The position numbers and the translations under genes are program-made. A stretch of DNA of 64,000 bases from Azolla caroliniana (lineage: Eukaryota; Plantae; Polypodiophyta). Below the pieces are notes generated by a model that had not been told where the DNA came from, did not search any database, and saw only the letters and a program-made list of their open reading frames with translations. Shown piece by piece: positions 10,304 to 28,238 of this stretch; the stretch's first letter is position 1; each line of letters starts with the position of its first letter. Location of the stretch: NCBI GenBank assembly GCA_043228905.1, contig JBHGNT010000004.1, positions 16,554,001-16,618,000 on the forward strand, written 5' to 3'.

Positions 10304-13300
10304 GGTTGGTTAAAGTACCAACTAGGCTATAGGGCAAATACCCTTTCAACTATTTACAAAACTAGCATGGTATGTCCATGAGCTAGTGTGAAACCTATCT
10401 CTATGGGAAGTTGAGTTCGACTCTCAACACACCCCTTTGAACACATCTTCCATCTATCGAAAAGTTGTTTCGGTTCGGTCTTCGGAGTCTGGCTTCTGGA
10501 TTTCGTAGTCCTCGAATTGGATTGTTCGGCTTTTCGGCTTTGTGCCATCATGCTCCGACTAGTCGTGTCGGTTGCTTATCGGCTACTTCCGTGTCGGCCG
10601 TTGTACTCCCCCTCAAGCTCAGCAATGTAGAGATTGTGAGATCAAGGTCCAATGAGCATTTCCTGAGCTTGTCGACTCCCAAGGCCTTCGTAAAGATGTC
10701 AATAACTTGAAGGTTTGTAGTGATGTGTTAGAGATCGATTTCGCCGGCTTGAACGCGCTCGCGAATGAAGTGGTAGTGCACTTCGATGTGTTTAGTTCGC
10801 ACATGGAATATGGGGTTCCGAGTGAGGTATATGTTGCTCATGTTGTCGTAGAAGAGGCGAATTGGATTCGTAATGGGAACGCCCAGGTCCTTCAAGATGC
10901 GTTTGAACCAGATAGCTTCGCATGCGGCGACTGTCGCGACCTTGTATTCGGCCTCCATGCTCGATAGTGCGACTGTTGGCCGTTTCTTGTTGCTCCAGAA
11001 GATCGCTCTACTACCGAGTGAGAAGATGAATACAGAAGTGGGTCGTCTATCAGCCCTATAACTGGCCCAATCTACGACTGTGTACCCTTCAAGTCGAATA
11101 ACCGTATCCGACGTATACATGATGCCATAATCCATCATTGTACTAACATACCCAAGTATCCTCTCATCGCAATCAAGATGATCATTTCATGGGTTCTGCA
11201 TGAATTGGCTAAGTAGGCCGACTGAATAGCTGAGATCAGGTCGTGTGATGGTTAGATCAATTAGGTTGCCGATCAATTGTCGATACTGAGTTAGATCGCA
11301 GTTGGCTATGCCCGAATTGACATCGAGCTTGAGATTTCGGTTGAGAGGGGTAGCCATGGGTTTGCACTTAGTCATCCCGAACTTGTAGAGTAAGTTGAGA
11401 ACATAGTGTCGTTGAGAGATCAATATACCGACTGGTGTTCGAATTACTTTGATGCCAAGAAAGTAATGGAGCTTGTGTAGGTCTTTCATTTCGAATCTAC
11501 CGGATAGGAGGGATTTGACCTTAATGATCCCAGTTAGATCCTTTCCTCCGATTACTAGATCATCCACGTAAAGGATAATGACAATCGGGTTGTGCGGTTC
11601 GTTTCGGATGTACAAGGAGTTGTCCGATTTCGACATTCGAAAGCCAATTTGGTGAAGATACTGAGTGACCTTCGAATGTCAAGCACGCGGTGCTTACTTG
11701 AGGCCATAGATTGGCTTCTTGAGTCGGCACACGGCTTTCGGCTGAGTACGTGATTCGAAGCGAGGCGGTTGTATCATGTACACCTCCTCTTCTAATTCGC
11801 CTTGTAGGAAGGCGTTCTTTACGTACATTTGGTGGAGATGCCACCCTTTCGCAGCTGCAAGTGCAATTACAATTCGCACAGTCGTCATCTTTGGCACCGA
11901 GGCAAAGGTCTCCTCATAATCGACTCCGTGTGTTTGTGCATATCCTTTGGCAACGAATTGTGCTTTGAAGCAATTTACGGTGCCATAGACATTGTATTTG
12001 ACCTTATAGATCCATCTACATCCAATCACTTTTCTGTGAGGTGAATGGGGAACAAGATCCCATGTCTCGTTTTTGCACAAGGCCTGCATTTCTTCGTTCA
12101 TCGCGACGACCCATCGCGGGTCCTTCACGGCTTCGGTCCCATGCAGTCGCTACCTTCATCATAAAGGCGTAATGGTACGCCATGTACTCATTGTAGTCGA
12201 ATCGGCTTACGGGGTTCCTTTCACAGGTGGACCAACATAGCTTCTCGTTCCCGATGACGAATGCTTTCTTCGCTCCATTCGTCTGGAAGATCGGGATGTC
12301 CAGGCCTTCAAATTCACTGTCAAGGGAGTGAGTTGACGCGTTGTCGATTGGATCTTCGTATTCAGACATCTTGGCCTTCCCTTTGTCGAGTTTTGGACTC
12401 AGCCGAAATGTGCTTTGGTCACTCGGGAGCTCCCGTGGTCCACTAAGTCGTGTCGTAATCGGGCTTTCTTCGAACATGCACGTGAGCCGATCTTCATCTT
12501 CTATCTCCATTTCGACAGATTCCGAATCGAGCGGAGTTAGAGTCGACGTTGTTTCTGGTGCTTACCAAGATGCGGACTCGTCGAAAATGACATCTCGACT
12601 TATTCGAGCTTTTCGAGTAGATGGGTTATAGCATTTGTACCCCTTTTGTTCGAGCGAGTATCCAACAAGGATACATTTCTCCAACTTTGGGTCAAGTTTT
12701 TGTCGCGTTTCGTCGGGAATATGCATGTAGGTGATTGAGCTGAATATACGGACATGTGATAAATCCTACTTCTTTCCAAAAAATCTCTCATGAGGGGTTA
12801 CGTCGTGTACCCTAGAGGTTGTACACCTATTCATAAGATATACGGCCGTGTTCACCGCTTCTGCACAGTACGATTTCGGCAGGTTCTTCTCATTCATCAT
12901 TGCCTGTGCAACCTCTACGATGTGCCGATTCTTCTGTTCGGCTACACCATTTTGTTGAGGTGTATGGCGACACAAAAATTCTTGTTGTATTCCTTCCATT
13001 TAGAGATATGTCGTAAACTCGTCCGAGAAATATTCTTTGCCTCCATCCGATCGAAGGCATTGTACGTGCCGACCCGTGGCTTTTTCGACTTCGTTTTTGA
13101 ACCTTTAGAAGTGGCCGAACACTTCGCTCTTCTGTTTCATCGGGTAGAGCCAGGTATGCTTGGAGAAGTCGTCGATGAACGTGACATAATATCGGCAACC
13201 ACCGAATGTTGTTGTCAGGGCTGGTCCCCACACATATGAATGTACTACATCCTGGATCCCTTTACTCACATTCCTCTCTTTCGGGAATGGATATTGGTGT

Positions 13301-15230
13301 TGTTTTCTGAACTGGCATGCCTCGCATATGCCCGTAATCTCCTTCTCAGTAAATGTCGGGAGTCCGATTATGATTCCTTTTGACTGCATATTTTGGAGCT
13401 TTTGAAGATTGATGTGGCCGATTCTCTTGTGCCACAGTTTCAAGTTGGTTTCGATTTTAAGACCTTTCGCGAACATAGCCAATTTCACCTCTTTTGATTC
13501 GAGGATGAACATTCGGCCTTCTTGGCGACCATGCGTTATGATTTGATCATCCTTTTCGATGAAGCGCCCTTCATTATTGAATCATACTTTCATACCTTGT
13601 TCGACGATATGGCTGACCGAGACCAGGTTTTTCGTGATGATTGGGACATGCAAGACGTTCTTGAGGTAGGTTTGTTTGCCGTCATTTCCAAATGGAACAT
13701 TTCCGACATGCTGAATTGGGTGAGTCGTATCATCTCTAGTCTCAACATACTCGGGTCGATCAGGCTTTCGTAATTCTCAGAACCAATCTTCATGGGACGT
13801 CATGTGATTGGATGCTCCCGGGTCGACAAACCATATGCTATCTGAAGAAGAGGTGCTAGTCGAGGCCTGTGCCATCATCAAATGTGCTTCATGCCTCATT
13901 ACGAACATCCCGCCACGATCGTCATAGTCGGAATTCGAAGCGTAGTTCATGAGTTGTCGGCTAGTCGAAGTCGAGTCTCGTACCTTTTTTTGGCACTCCT
14001 CTTCATAATGGCCATGTTTTCCACAGTACCCGCATTCGATCGGGTTGTTACGATTGCTCGGTCCGGCGAGGTGGCTCCTGCTTTTGCCGAACTCTCTGGG
14101 ACTATTTCTGTCCCCTTGCCATTGATGGAAGTTATGCTCTTTGGTAGGATGATTGTGTTGGCCTCATTCGAGCTGATCTCTGTTTCCACGGCTGAATCCT
14201 CTTCTATAATCTGACTGTGAGTAGAGCATCTGACCATCAGGCGCATTGTTCCTTTACCAAACATGATTTTCTTTGATCAACATAATCGATTGAAGGTCGA
14301 AAAAGGAAGGAGGGTTCTCCCTCGCAAGAATAGCTGATCTGATCGTGCCGAATCGAGGTGCCAAGCCATCGAGGCATATTTGAATCATTTCGTCATCATC
14401 GATTACGACATTAATTGAACCGAGGGCATCACACAACTCCTTGATCTTCAAGGTATAGCTAGTGATCGACATGTCCCTCTGTTGCATGTTGTTTAGCTCC
14501 CGTCGAAGTTGAAGCTTTCGTGCAGCCGTATTGGCCGCAAAAATCTTCTTGAGATTTCCCCAAGCTTCTTTCGGTGTTTTCGAATCTCGAATATAGCCTA
14601 GCATGTGGTCATGAACGCATGACGCAAGGCAGTATAACACACGACTCGCGGCCTGCTCCCACGCTAGGTATTCGGCGTGTGTAGGGTTGGGTTGCGTTTC
14701 GTGAGCTCCCTCAATATAGCTCAAGTAACCTTGTCTGACAAGGTAATGATGCATCTTGTACTCCCAAGATGCGAAGTTTGTTCTATCGAGCTTCTCGATA
14801 GGAAGAGCGCTTCCCATCTGGGTGTTCATTGTCGAACTTCTTCTACTCTTGATGCGAGTTGTGCGGAAATCGTTGCTGCAGTGATCAGTTGGTTCTCTGC
14901 TAGCTTGAGCACGCCACACGTGAAGGCGATGGGCTTGGATCAAGCTACCACACGCTCTGATACCATGTAAAGAATCAAGAGTGATTTTGTACAGCGGAAG
15001 GACTATGTGTGTGTGTGTGCACGTGAGACAAGAGAGAGAATGAGAGAGAGAGAGAACTATAACAAGAAATTGTATATTACATCCAACAGAAACTAAGTTA
15101 CAAAAAAGTTGGTTTAAGTAACAACTAGGCTAGGGCAAATTCCCTTTCAACTATTTACAAAACTAGCATGGTATGTCCATGAGCTAGTGTGAAACCTATC
15201 TCTATGGGAAGTTGAGTTCGACTCTCAACA
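10304..15230 (-). mobile_element. Ty1/Copia element B (decayed, near full length), inserted in Copia C
   Basis: 5' LTR 14966-15230, tRNA-iMet PBS TGGTATCAGAGC (minus, 14954-14965), fragments of gag-PR-INT-RT-RH, partial 3' LTR 10304-10429 nearly identical to about 15107-15230. Confidence 0.92.
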
Positions 15231-16903
15231 ATAAGCTTCCTTTTTTGTCCAACATGACTCGAGGGAACTTCTCCGACATGCATGATCGGGTGGGGAGTGT
15301 TGTCTCCGGTTTCGACAACTCCCAGTTGCTCCGGCTTTTCCAGAAACGAGAACCACTCTTTGTGGCTCGTCATATGATTAGACGCTCCGTAGTCAACATA
15401 CCACACTTCCTCCGATCCGGAAGTGGTTTTCTTCATCGAGTTCACCTTGTGTTTCACCACAAAGGCTGGCCCTTTTCCAGTCTTTCCGGTCCTGGATCCT
15501 TCCGATCCTTTAGCGTGGTGTGAGCTTTGTCGGTTCCCTAGTCCGGTCTTGCCAGATCCGGATTTATCCGAATTGGCACACTTCTTCTAGCACTCGCTCT
15601 CCTGGTGGCCTTTCTTGCCACAATACCAGCATTTCGTGTCAGCCTTCCCTTGCCGGTTTCCGGTGCCGATTTAACTCCCCCCACTTGTGGAGGGTTCAGA
15701 CTATTGTCGGCACTATCTCTATGCCTCCAATTCTGCTCTTATTGGTCGTCGCTATTGCGTGTCGACCCACCTCGTCCTCCACGCCCACGGGACTGATCCA
15801 CATCCGTGTACAACATCTGGTTGTCCGATTGAGTGGTCCTCAACCCACTTGCGTGATTTTCTTCGACCATTAGCATCGATTGCAGGTCGAAGAAGGATAA
15901 TGGCTTCTCCCAGGTGCAAATCGCCATCCGGATTGGCCTGTATCGTTGTGTTATACCACTGAGACATATCTGGACCATCTCGTCTTCGTCCACCGTCACG
16001 TTGATGGACCCTTCGTCGCAAATCTCCTTGATGTTGGTGGTGTAGTTGGTAACTGTCATGTCCAGTTGCCGGATACTGTTGAGCTCTTGCCGGAGATGCA
16101 ACTTCCGAGCCATGGTACTTGCGACGAAAATTTCAGAGAATTTCCCAGGCCTCCTTTAGCGACTTTGTGTCTTTGATGTAGACAAGCATCTGGTCGTGCA
16201 CAAAGGACGCGAGGCAATATAACACTTTGCTCGCTCCTTGTTCCCATGCTGGAAAGTCCTTGTGTGCCGAATCCGATGCTACTACATTTGCTCCTTCTAC
16301 ATAGCTCCAGTATCCGTGCCCCAATAGGTACTGGTGCATTTTATGTGACTAGGACGCATAGTTGTTGTGGTCGAGTTTTTCTGTAGGAAGCGAGCTTGCC
16401 ATGCTTTTGTCCATATCTTTCTTCTCTCTTTTATTCGAGCAGTTGTCGGCAATACAGGTTCTCAACCCTCGCGTTCTAATACCATGTCAAAGTATGCGGA
16501 AGCTTTCACAAACCGGTTCACTCGGATAGCAACAGAAAGAGTGCAAGTTTAATGGAAGCTTCACAAAACACAGTCAAAGAGTGGGAGAGACAAAGAGAGA
16601 GCAAAACAACATGAACTCAATTCAAAATAATAACACTATGTATATACAAATGTTCTACATAACACTTTTTATACAAGTCCTTAAAAGGACTGATAGAAGT
16701 ACCGACACGTACTTCAATGCTCATACAAGCAACTCACACTAACTCCAAGGAATATGTCTACATACTAGGCTAAGATTGTAGGCCTCTAACGGCCTACCGG
16801 TTACAATTTGATCCGTCTCTTGGTTCCAGACACCGAACCGGATATTGATTCGGCTCTGTCTCATTCAACCTATCTAGATTCGGTTGAGCTTGTCCGCTCA
16901 ATA
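15231..16903 (-). mobile_element. Ty1/Copia element C (5' LTR plus gag/protease remnant)
   Basis: LTR 16485-16903 resembles the Copia A LTR, degenerate PBS TGGTATTAGAAC, gag (MHQYLLGHGYW) and protease (WYVDYGASNHMT) fragments. Confidence 0.85.
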
Positions 16904-17939
16904 GGGATCATGCACACCAATAAAGCTTTGTAACTTCCACATTTTTATGACAATATAAGGAGTAAAAGAGACAACAAAAACGTGAAATCTTGTAATATCT
17001 TGTTGTTGATGTTAGTGCACAATAGGTCAAAAAATAATCTCTTTCCTTTAGACATGTAGGAAACATACCTCAATAACAACTATCTAATTCAAGTCATCTC
17101 AACTTTTAAGAGACAATCTCTTCTAATTGGCAACATCAAGATACCTATCACTTTGGTTGTTGGAGGTAATGTCATTGGGTATCGATAAAATCATGGGTGT
17201 CATGTTCGAAGTGCTAGCCACACTAGGTGTGTGCGTGAGTGTTAGAACATCTAGCTTTAAAGTGATGAACCCCAACCACATTGCGAGACGCCATGAACGA
17301 GACTACTCAAGCAAGACAAGGAGGATAAATACATATACATACATACAAATCGTGCATACGAACATATCATGATGCGCGCATATCGTCCACACATACATAT
17401 ATCATGCACATATCTCATACACACATACATATCATACAGGCATACATATCATGCACACTTATCATACACACATATGTACATATCATACATTCAGGCACAT
17501 CTAATCCATCCATAAATTTATACACACGGTACATACATACATTTTTAACTAGGGTTACACCAGGGTTACATTAGGGTTTGGGGGACCTTTCTGTGTGGCT
17601 CTCTCTCTCTGCATTCATTCTTTTGGAAACAGGGGAGTTCTGCGGATCGATCGATCAGTTTTGATCGTCAATCTACGGATCTCTCCTTCGTTCCCACCCA
17701 CCGTCACCGTCACCGTCACCGTCACCACCATCATCATTTTCTTCTTCTTCTTGGCGGCGACTCTTCTAATCTCGTTTGTTAGTTCCTCTCTTTTTGTTTT
17801 CTTTTTGTTTTTCTTCTGGATTTGTTTAGGGCCATCCTTTCTTATCTTCTCAAAATTTCCCCTCCTCTGCAGACATCAAGAGCTTCCTAGAGGCATCAAA
17901 GTCCAGAGCCTCCACATACTTCAAAGTCAGAGATTTGAT

Positions 17940-18345
17940 ATGGTCCCTTTGCAGAGATACATATTGAAAGTAAAAGCTTCATGTGGAATCCTTCCAGAGA
18001 TTTAGAGATCTGTTGAGTCTGTCCAGAGATTGAAAAGAAAACCTTAGTTGGAATCTTTCTAGAGATTCAGAGATTTGTGGGATCTTTCCAGATACTCAAT
18101 ACAGGCATTTGGTGTGATCTGTCCTAAGATTTGGATCTGGACATCATAAATCTGGTCGAATCTTTCCAGAAGATTCAAGTTCGACGTAATCGCTATATTT
18201 CGACAGTAGCAGTTCAGAACTTATTGTAATATTTCAAATGGGTTCAGTTCAGGCTTCTTTATGAACGTTCAATAGATTCAGTTCAGAGTCGAGACTTTAT
18301 TGGGATCTTTCCAAAGATTCAGTTGCAATCTTTGAAAAAGATTTG
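17940..18345 (+). repeat. Dispersed ~18-nt repeat (consensus GAATCTTTCCAGAGATTC) in the helicase 5' leader
   Basis: About 8 degenerate copies near 17986, 18015, 18051, 18080, 18115, 18158, 18303 and 18326. Confidence 0.65.
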
Positions 18346-18365
18346 GTTCAAGCCATTTTATAAAT

Positions 18366-24109
<5,744 letters not shown>

Positions 24110-25136
24110 GGTTTTGTTTCTCTTTTCCACTTGTTCTAGATGCAGTTTAACAACTCTTGGTTTTTTTGAATTTCCCCTCATGAAAGGGATGAACTTAAAA
24201 CAATTTTAATTCGTGCCAAAGTGATGATGGACTGGAAAGAAAGTTGAAATGGATTTATGGTCCAAAATTTATCCCCACAATTATTGCAATATTGAAATTT
24301 ATGAGGAACCCAAATCTCTCCTCAATCTCCTTTTTAATAACTTCTGAAAATATAGATAATTTATTTAGTTCCTCGTTATAGTGTTTTGTCGAATGCTTAA
24401 AATGTTCTTTTTGTGTAGTTTTTAAGTTTTAACTTAAATGAGGAAGGAAAGAAGCATAATGTTTTACAACAACCTCCCTTTTAATCAATGATCTTGAGCG
24501 GTACTAAATGGTCCTTTGTAGTAATGCTTAATTATACGTGTGTTAATTTAATACTGTACTATTTATGTTGAAGATGTTTAATCTTAAGCTAATCTATATA
24601 AACCATTTGACAGTGTTATTATCTGAACTAACTCATAGAGTCATATATATATATTGTCTAATGATGAATTGCAAACACACTCTTGGCCATATTGGTGATT
24701 GATTTGCATATTTTTGTATAGTTTATTCACTTAATGCTTTCCAAATATCAACTTGATGTGAAAAAGGGGTGTCAAAATTCCAATTGACAAGCATACATTG
24801 TCACCTAGGAATAATTGAATCATCGAGTTTACAATGAACTTGGTACCAAGTGAAAATATGTTATCACCATACAAATGGAAGTAGAAGGAAATTGGTACCG
24901 ATGGGTATTTGGAGCATATCTCTTTCACATTAAATTATAATCAAACCACCGTTCATATCGTCGTTTGTTGTCCTACTTCTACCCACATCTACTAAGATGT
25001 AGCACTAAGAAGTTGGGAAGGTTTACTTGGATAGGCGAGTAGTGTGTGAGGTTGTGCAAAAGAGGGCTCTTCCAGAGATGACAGTAAGTAAGGCTTTGGT
25101 GTTGGTTGAAATCAACATTGACTCAAGCTTCTTGCA

Positions 25137-25137
<1 letters not shown>

Positions 25138-25224
<87 letters not shown>
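25138..25224. repeat. Compound (CA)n(CT)n microsatellite
   Basis: Directly visible. Confidence 0.95.
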
Positions 25225-25228
<4 letters not shown>

Positions 25229-25950
25229 GCTCAAGGTTCAAAAAAGTCCCTCACATTGACTTTCTAGAATTGCATGGGAAGCAAGCAAAAAGATCCAAAA
25301 GACGCATAAAAGCAAAATTTTGTGTTCCAGTTGGATGCAAGATATAGAAAAATGGTTTGGTAGATGGGATGTGAGACACTTGTTTCATGATGCATCACTA
25401 GATTCCTCCGTAAATAAGGCCTTTTTGCAATGCCAATGTATCATGACATGGGACAAATGTGGAGGCTCACGCTTCACACATTATACTACACATGTTGCAC
25501 CTAACTACAAAACCATATTCTTTGCGGAACGGGGAAACCGTACACATCGATACATGTTAGAGCCCATACCGTTATTTGCCATTTGCACCATTGCTTCCAT
25601 GCGACTTAGCTCACATGCATTGCGATGTGAGATAGAGCGTTGGGGCACAAGTGATGAGAGTGATCGGCTATGCACACTTTGGCCTAAACAAGTTCACGAG
25701 TCCAGGTATCACACTTTGATACAATGCTCTGCCTTTGATCATATTTGACCATGCTTTCCACATCTCTTCAACCGAGCCCAATCCTTGCATGAATTCCTCT
25801 CACAACCACAATCTGCACTCTCAATTGCAACATTCATCGGTAAAGTTCTTGAACATCGAGAGTCACTACTCACTTTCACACGTATCACGTGAAATGTAAT
25901 ATTTTTGGTCTTATAGGTCATATTTGACCTCTGAAGACGATAATATAATC
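25225..25950 (+). mobile_element. 5'-truncated LINE, RTE-X-like 3' end
   Basis: RLSSHALRCEIERW...RLCTL(W)...YHTLIQCSAFDHI decayed CCHC tail; near-identical to the minus strand of about 43120-43370; followed by (CT)n. Confidence 0.75.
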
Positions 25951-26049
25951 TCTCTCTCTCTCTCTCTCTGAAAACACGCAACTATATTAATAAATCTGTG
26001 TAAAAAACGCTACTTACAATGGTTGTGACAGTGGAGTATGCTCACCCAC

Positions 26050-27256
26050 TAACTACACTACATGGGTAGCGGAACATGTTGAATTGCCAATAGGCAAGAC
26101 AAACACTCCACTGAGGAAAGAATTTCCACTTGCTCCAATAAAGAAAATTGCCACATTAGTACTCCCTTCAACGTTCGTAGATATGCTTTCATTCCATGTC
26201 TTCCATCGAATACAAAAGCGTTGCGCATGTTCCAATTTTGACGCAATCCCCAATGTATCAGAAATAGAAAAACGATCTCCATCTCTGACTTTGGGTCAAC
26301 TTGTGTAAATTGTGCAAACACCCATTGTTTGGGTGTCAATTAACACCATGATAAAACTTGCCAAATTTGAGAAATGTAACTCCAAATCTGACATGCAATC
26401 AAACATTGTATAAATCGATGAGTGCTATCTTCCATTTGAACAGTGCAAAAAAAGCAATTGCCCATTGCTAGTCCACGACACTTTAGAGCTAATCCCAAAG
26501 GCAATCCTCCAATCAAAACTCTCCAAATGGCAATTTAGAATGCCAACTACGTTGTAAGATCTGCTACCACCCATGATCAGATTTGTGCATTTTCCATTCT
26601 TCTTCAACCTTAGATGATAACCATCCAAGAGACTCAATAGAGCAATGATACAAAAGATTAGTAGTCACTTGTAACAATGACGTTTGACCCTGTAAACACC
26701 AATCAATCCACAATTGTTCTCCTGTTTGTAGAGGTAAGGGACCTTGCATCATTGGAATATTTTGTATTTGTTGCCAAATAAACCCATAATTAGGCGGGAT
26801 GCGTAATAATTGTGGCGCTTCAACAAACTCCAACATTCTTTGAGATGGAGCCTCAACTATATCTCCCACCTCTTTGATCCCCAAACGAAAGAAACGATTA
26901 AATTGAAAACGCAATCTCTCCTTTCTTGGCGAATATAATAACCGAGAAGACAAAGTAACTCTTTTGCCAAAGAATTACAATGCTCTCTACTAGATGATGG
27001 TTTCATACACATAACAAGAGTGCTTCTTGCCATGAGGTAACCAAGTGTTGAACACATGTAGAGCCCAAAATCCTAAGTGAAATACATCCATTCAGTAATT
27101 GCCACCATGAAGCCTTAATCGTTGTCTTTCAATGTGTTAAACCCTTGTTCTCAATGAAATATTGAACAATAGATATCCATGGGTGTGAGTTTGAACACAT
27201 GTCTTGTAATAATGAAAATCTACGAGCCATCATATGCATAGGTAAGTTGAATATTC
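26050..27256 (-). mobile_element. Decayed L1-type LINE ORF2 C-terminal fragment (zf-RVT-like region)
   Basis: Trp-rich fragments typical of plant L1 ORF2 after the RT domain (FDWRIAFGI, LWIDWC), many frameshifts. Confidence 0.55.
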
Positions 27257-27503
27257 TGTTACCATACGAGATGTACGGAGAGTTGAGTGTAATGAGGGTG
27301 AAAGAGTAAAGGGTTGATGTGTATGTGTAAATGTGTACAAGTGTAATTGTGAGTGTGAGTAGTGGCGTATGTGAACACATGCACACATGTGTACATGTGG
27401 ACAGATAAGAGGAGGTGTGAGTGAGTGATTGGTGTGAATGGTCAAGGGGGCTTGCACCCCTATGTATCTACCCTTTTTGTAACACCCTTATGGGGAATGA
27501 ATG

Positions 27504-28142
27504 TGTTGGGAATATGTCCCTCTAGTGGGAAGAGCTGATAGTTTGGGCCAAGAAAAGCCGACAGTCGAAGACAAGGAGGAGCCAACTGTTCGGGCCGAAT
27601 GCCGATGGTTGAAGAGTTGACTGTAAGAAAGTTGATAGGAAGGAGATCTAGGTTGAAGACATGACCGACTAGTCGGGCCGACCAGGTGGTCGATGACCAG
27701 GTTGACTAGTCGAATTGACTGGACAATCACTACTTATTATTATAGATAATAATAGTAGTGATGTGTAGTAGGGGCTACATTCTTAAATAGCCCATATGAT
27801 GTATGAGTATAAATACATTTAGGGCAAACATAAAGAAGGTAGAATAGAAAGCTAGAGGCAGAGTGCTGTTGTGAAGCGCGAGAGGAAGAATAGTGAGAAA
27901 GAGCGGCACCATAGCTGAGTGTGTGAAACAGGACACACCAAGAGCCCTGTGAGGTTGATACACTCCACAGAGAGTGTTGTAATCTTCCCTGTTTGTATAT
28001 CCACTATATAGTGAAGCTTTGTTCCCGTGGTTTTCCCCGTTTAGGCTTTCCACGTAAAATCTCTGTACACTATTGTTGTGTGTGTTCCGAGTAGTGTATT
28101 TCAACGTATTCTTCTTGTGAGTTAACGATTGTTTTTCCAACA
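27504..28142 (+). repeat. Solo LTR inserted in the Copia D 5' LTR
   Basis: TGTTGG...CCAACA termini flanked by 5-bp TSD GAATG (27499-27503, 28143-28147). Confidence 0.85.
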
Positions 28143-28206
28143 GAATGAAACATGAAACCCCTAATGGCTCCATCCTTATGACGTATCTCTTCTTTCTTTC
28201 TTTCTT

Positions 28207-28238
<32 letters not shown>

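Noticed and set aside
17330-17545. ACAT/ATAC-rich periodic tract
   Set aside because: Ordinary degenerate microsatellite; a similar tract lies at 47015-47112.
17595-18005. 136-aa hydrophobic ORF upstream of the helicase
   Set aside because: Non-ATG start; it translates CT/T-rich 5'UTR and intron sequence.
17940-18345. CRISPR-like array (palindromic repeats with spacers)
   Set aside because: Eukaryotic context, degenerate repeats, irregular spacing and no cas genes.
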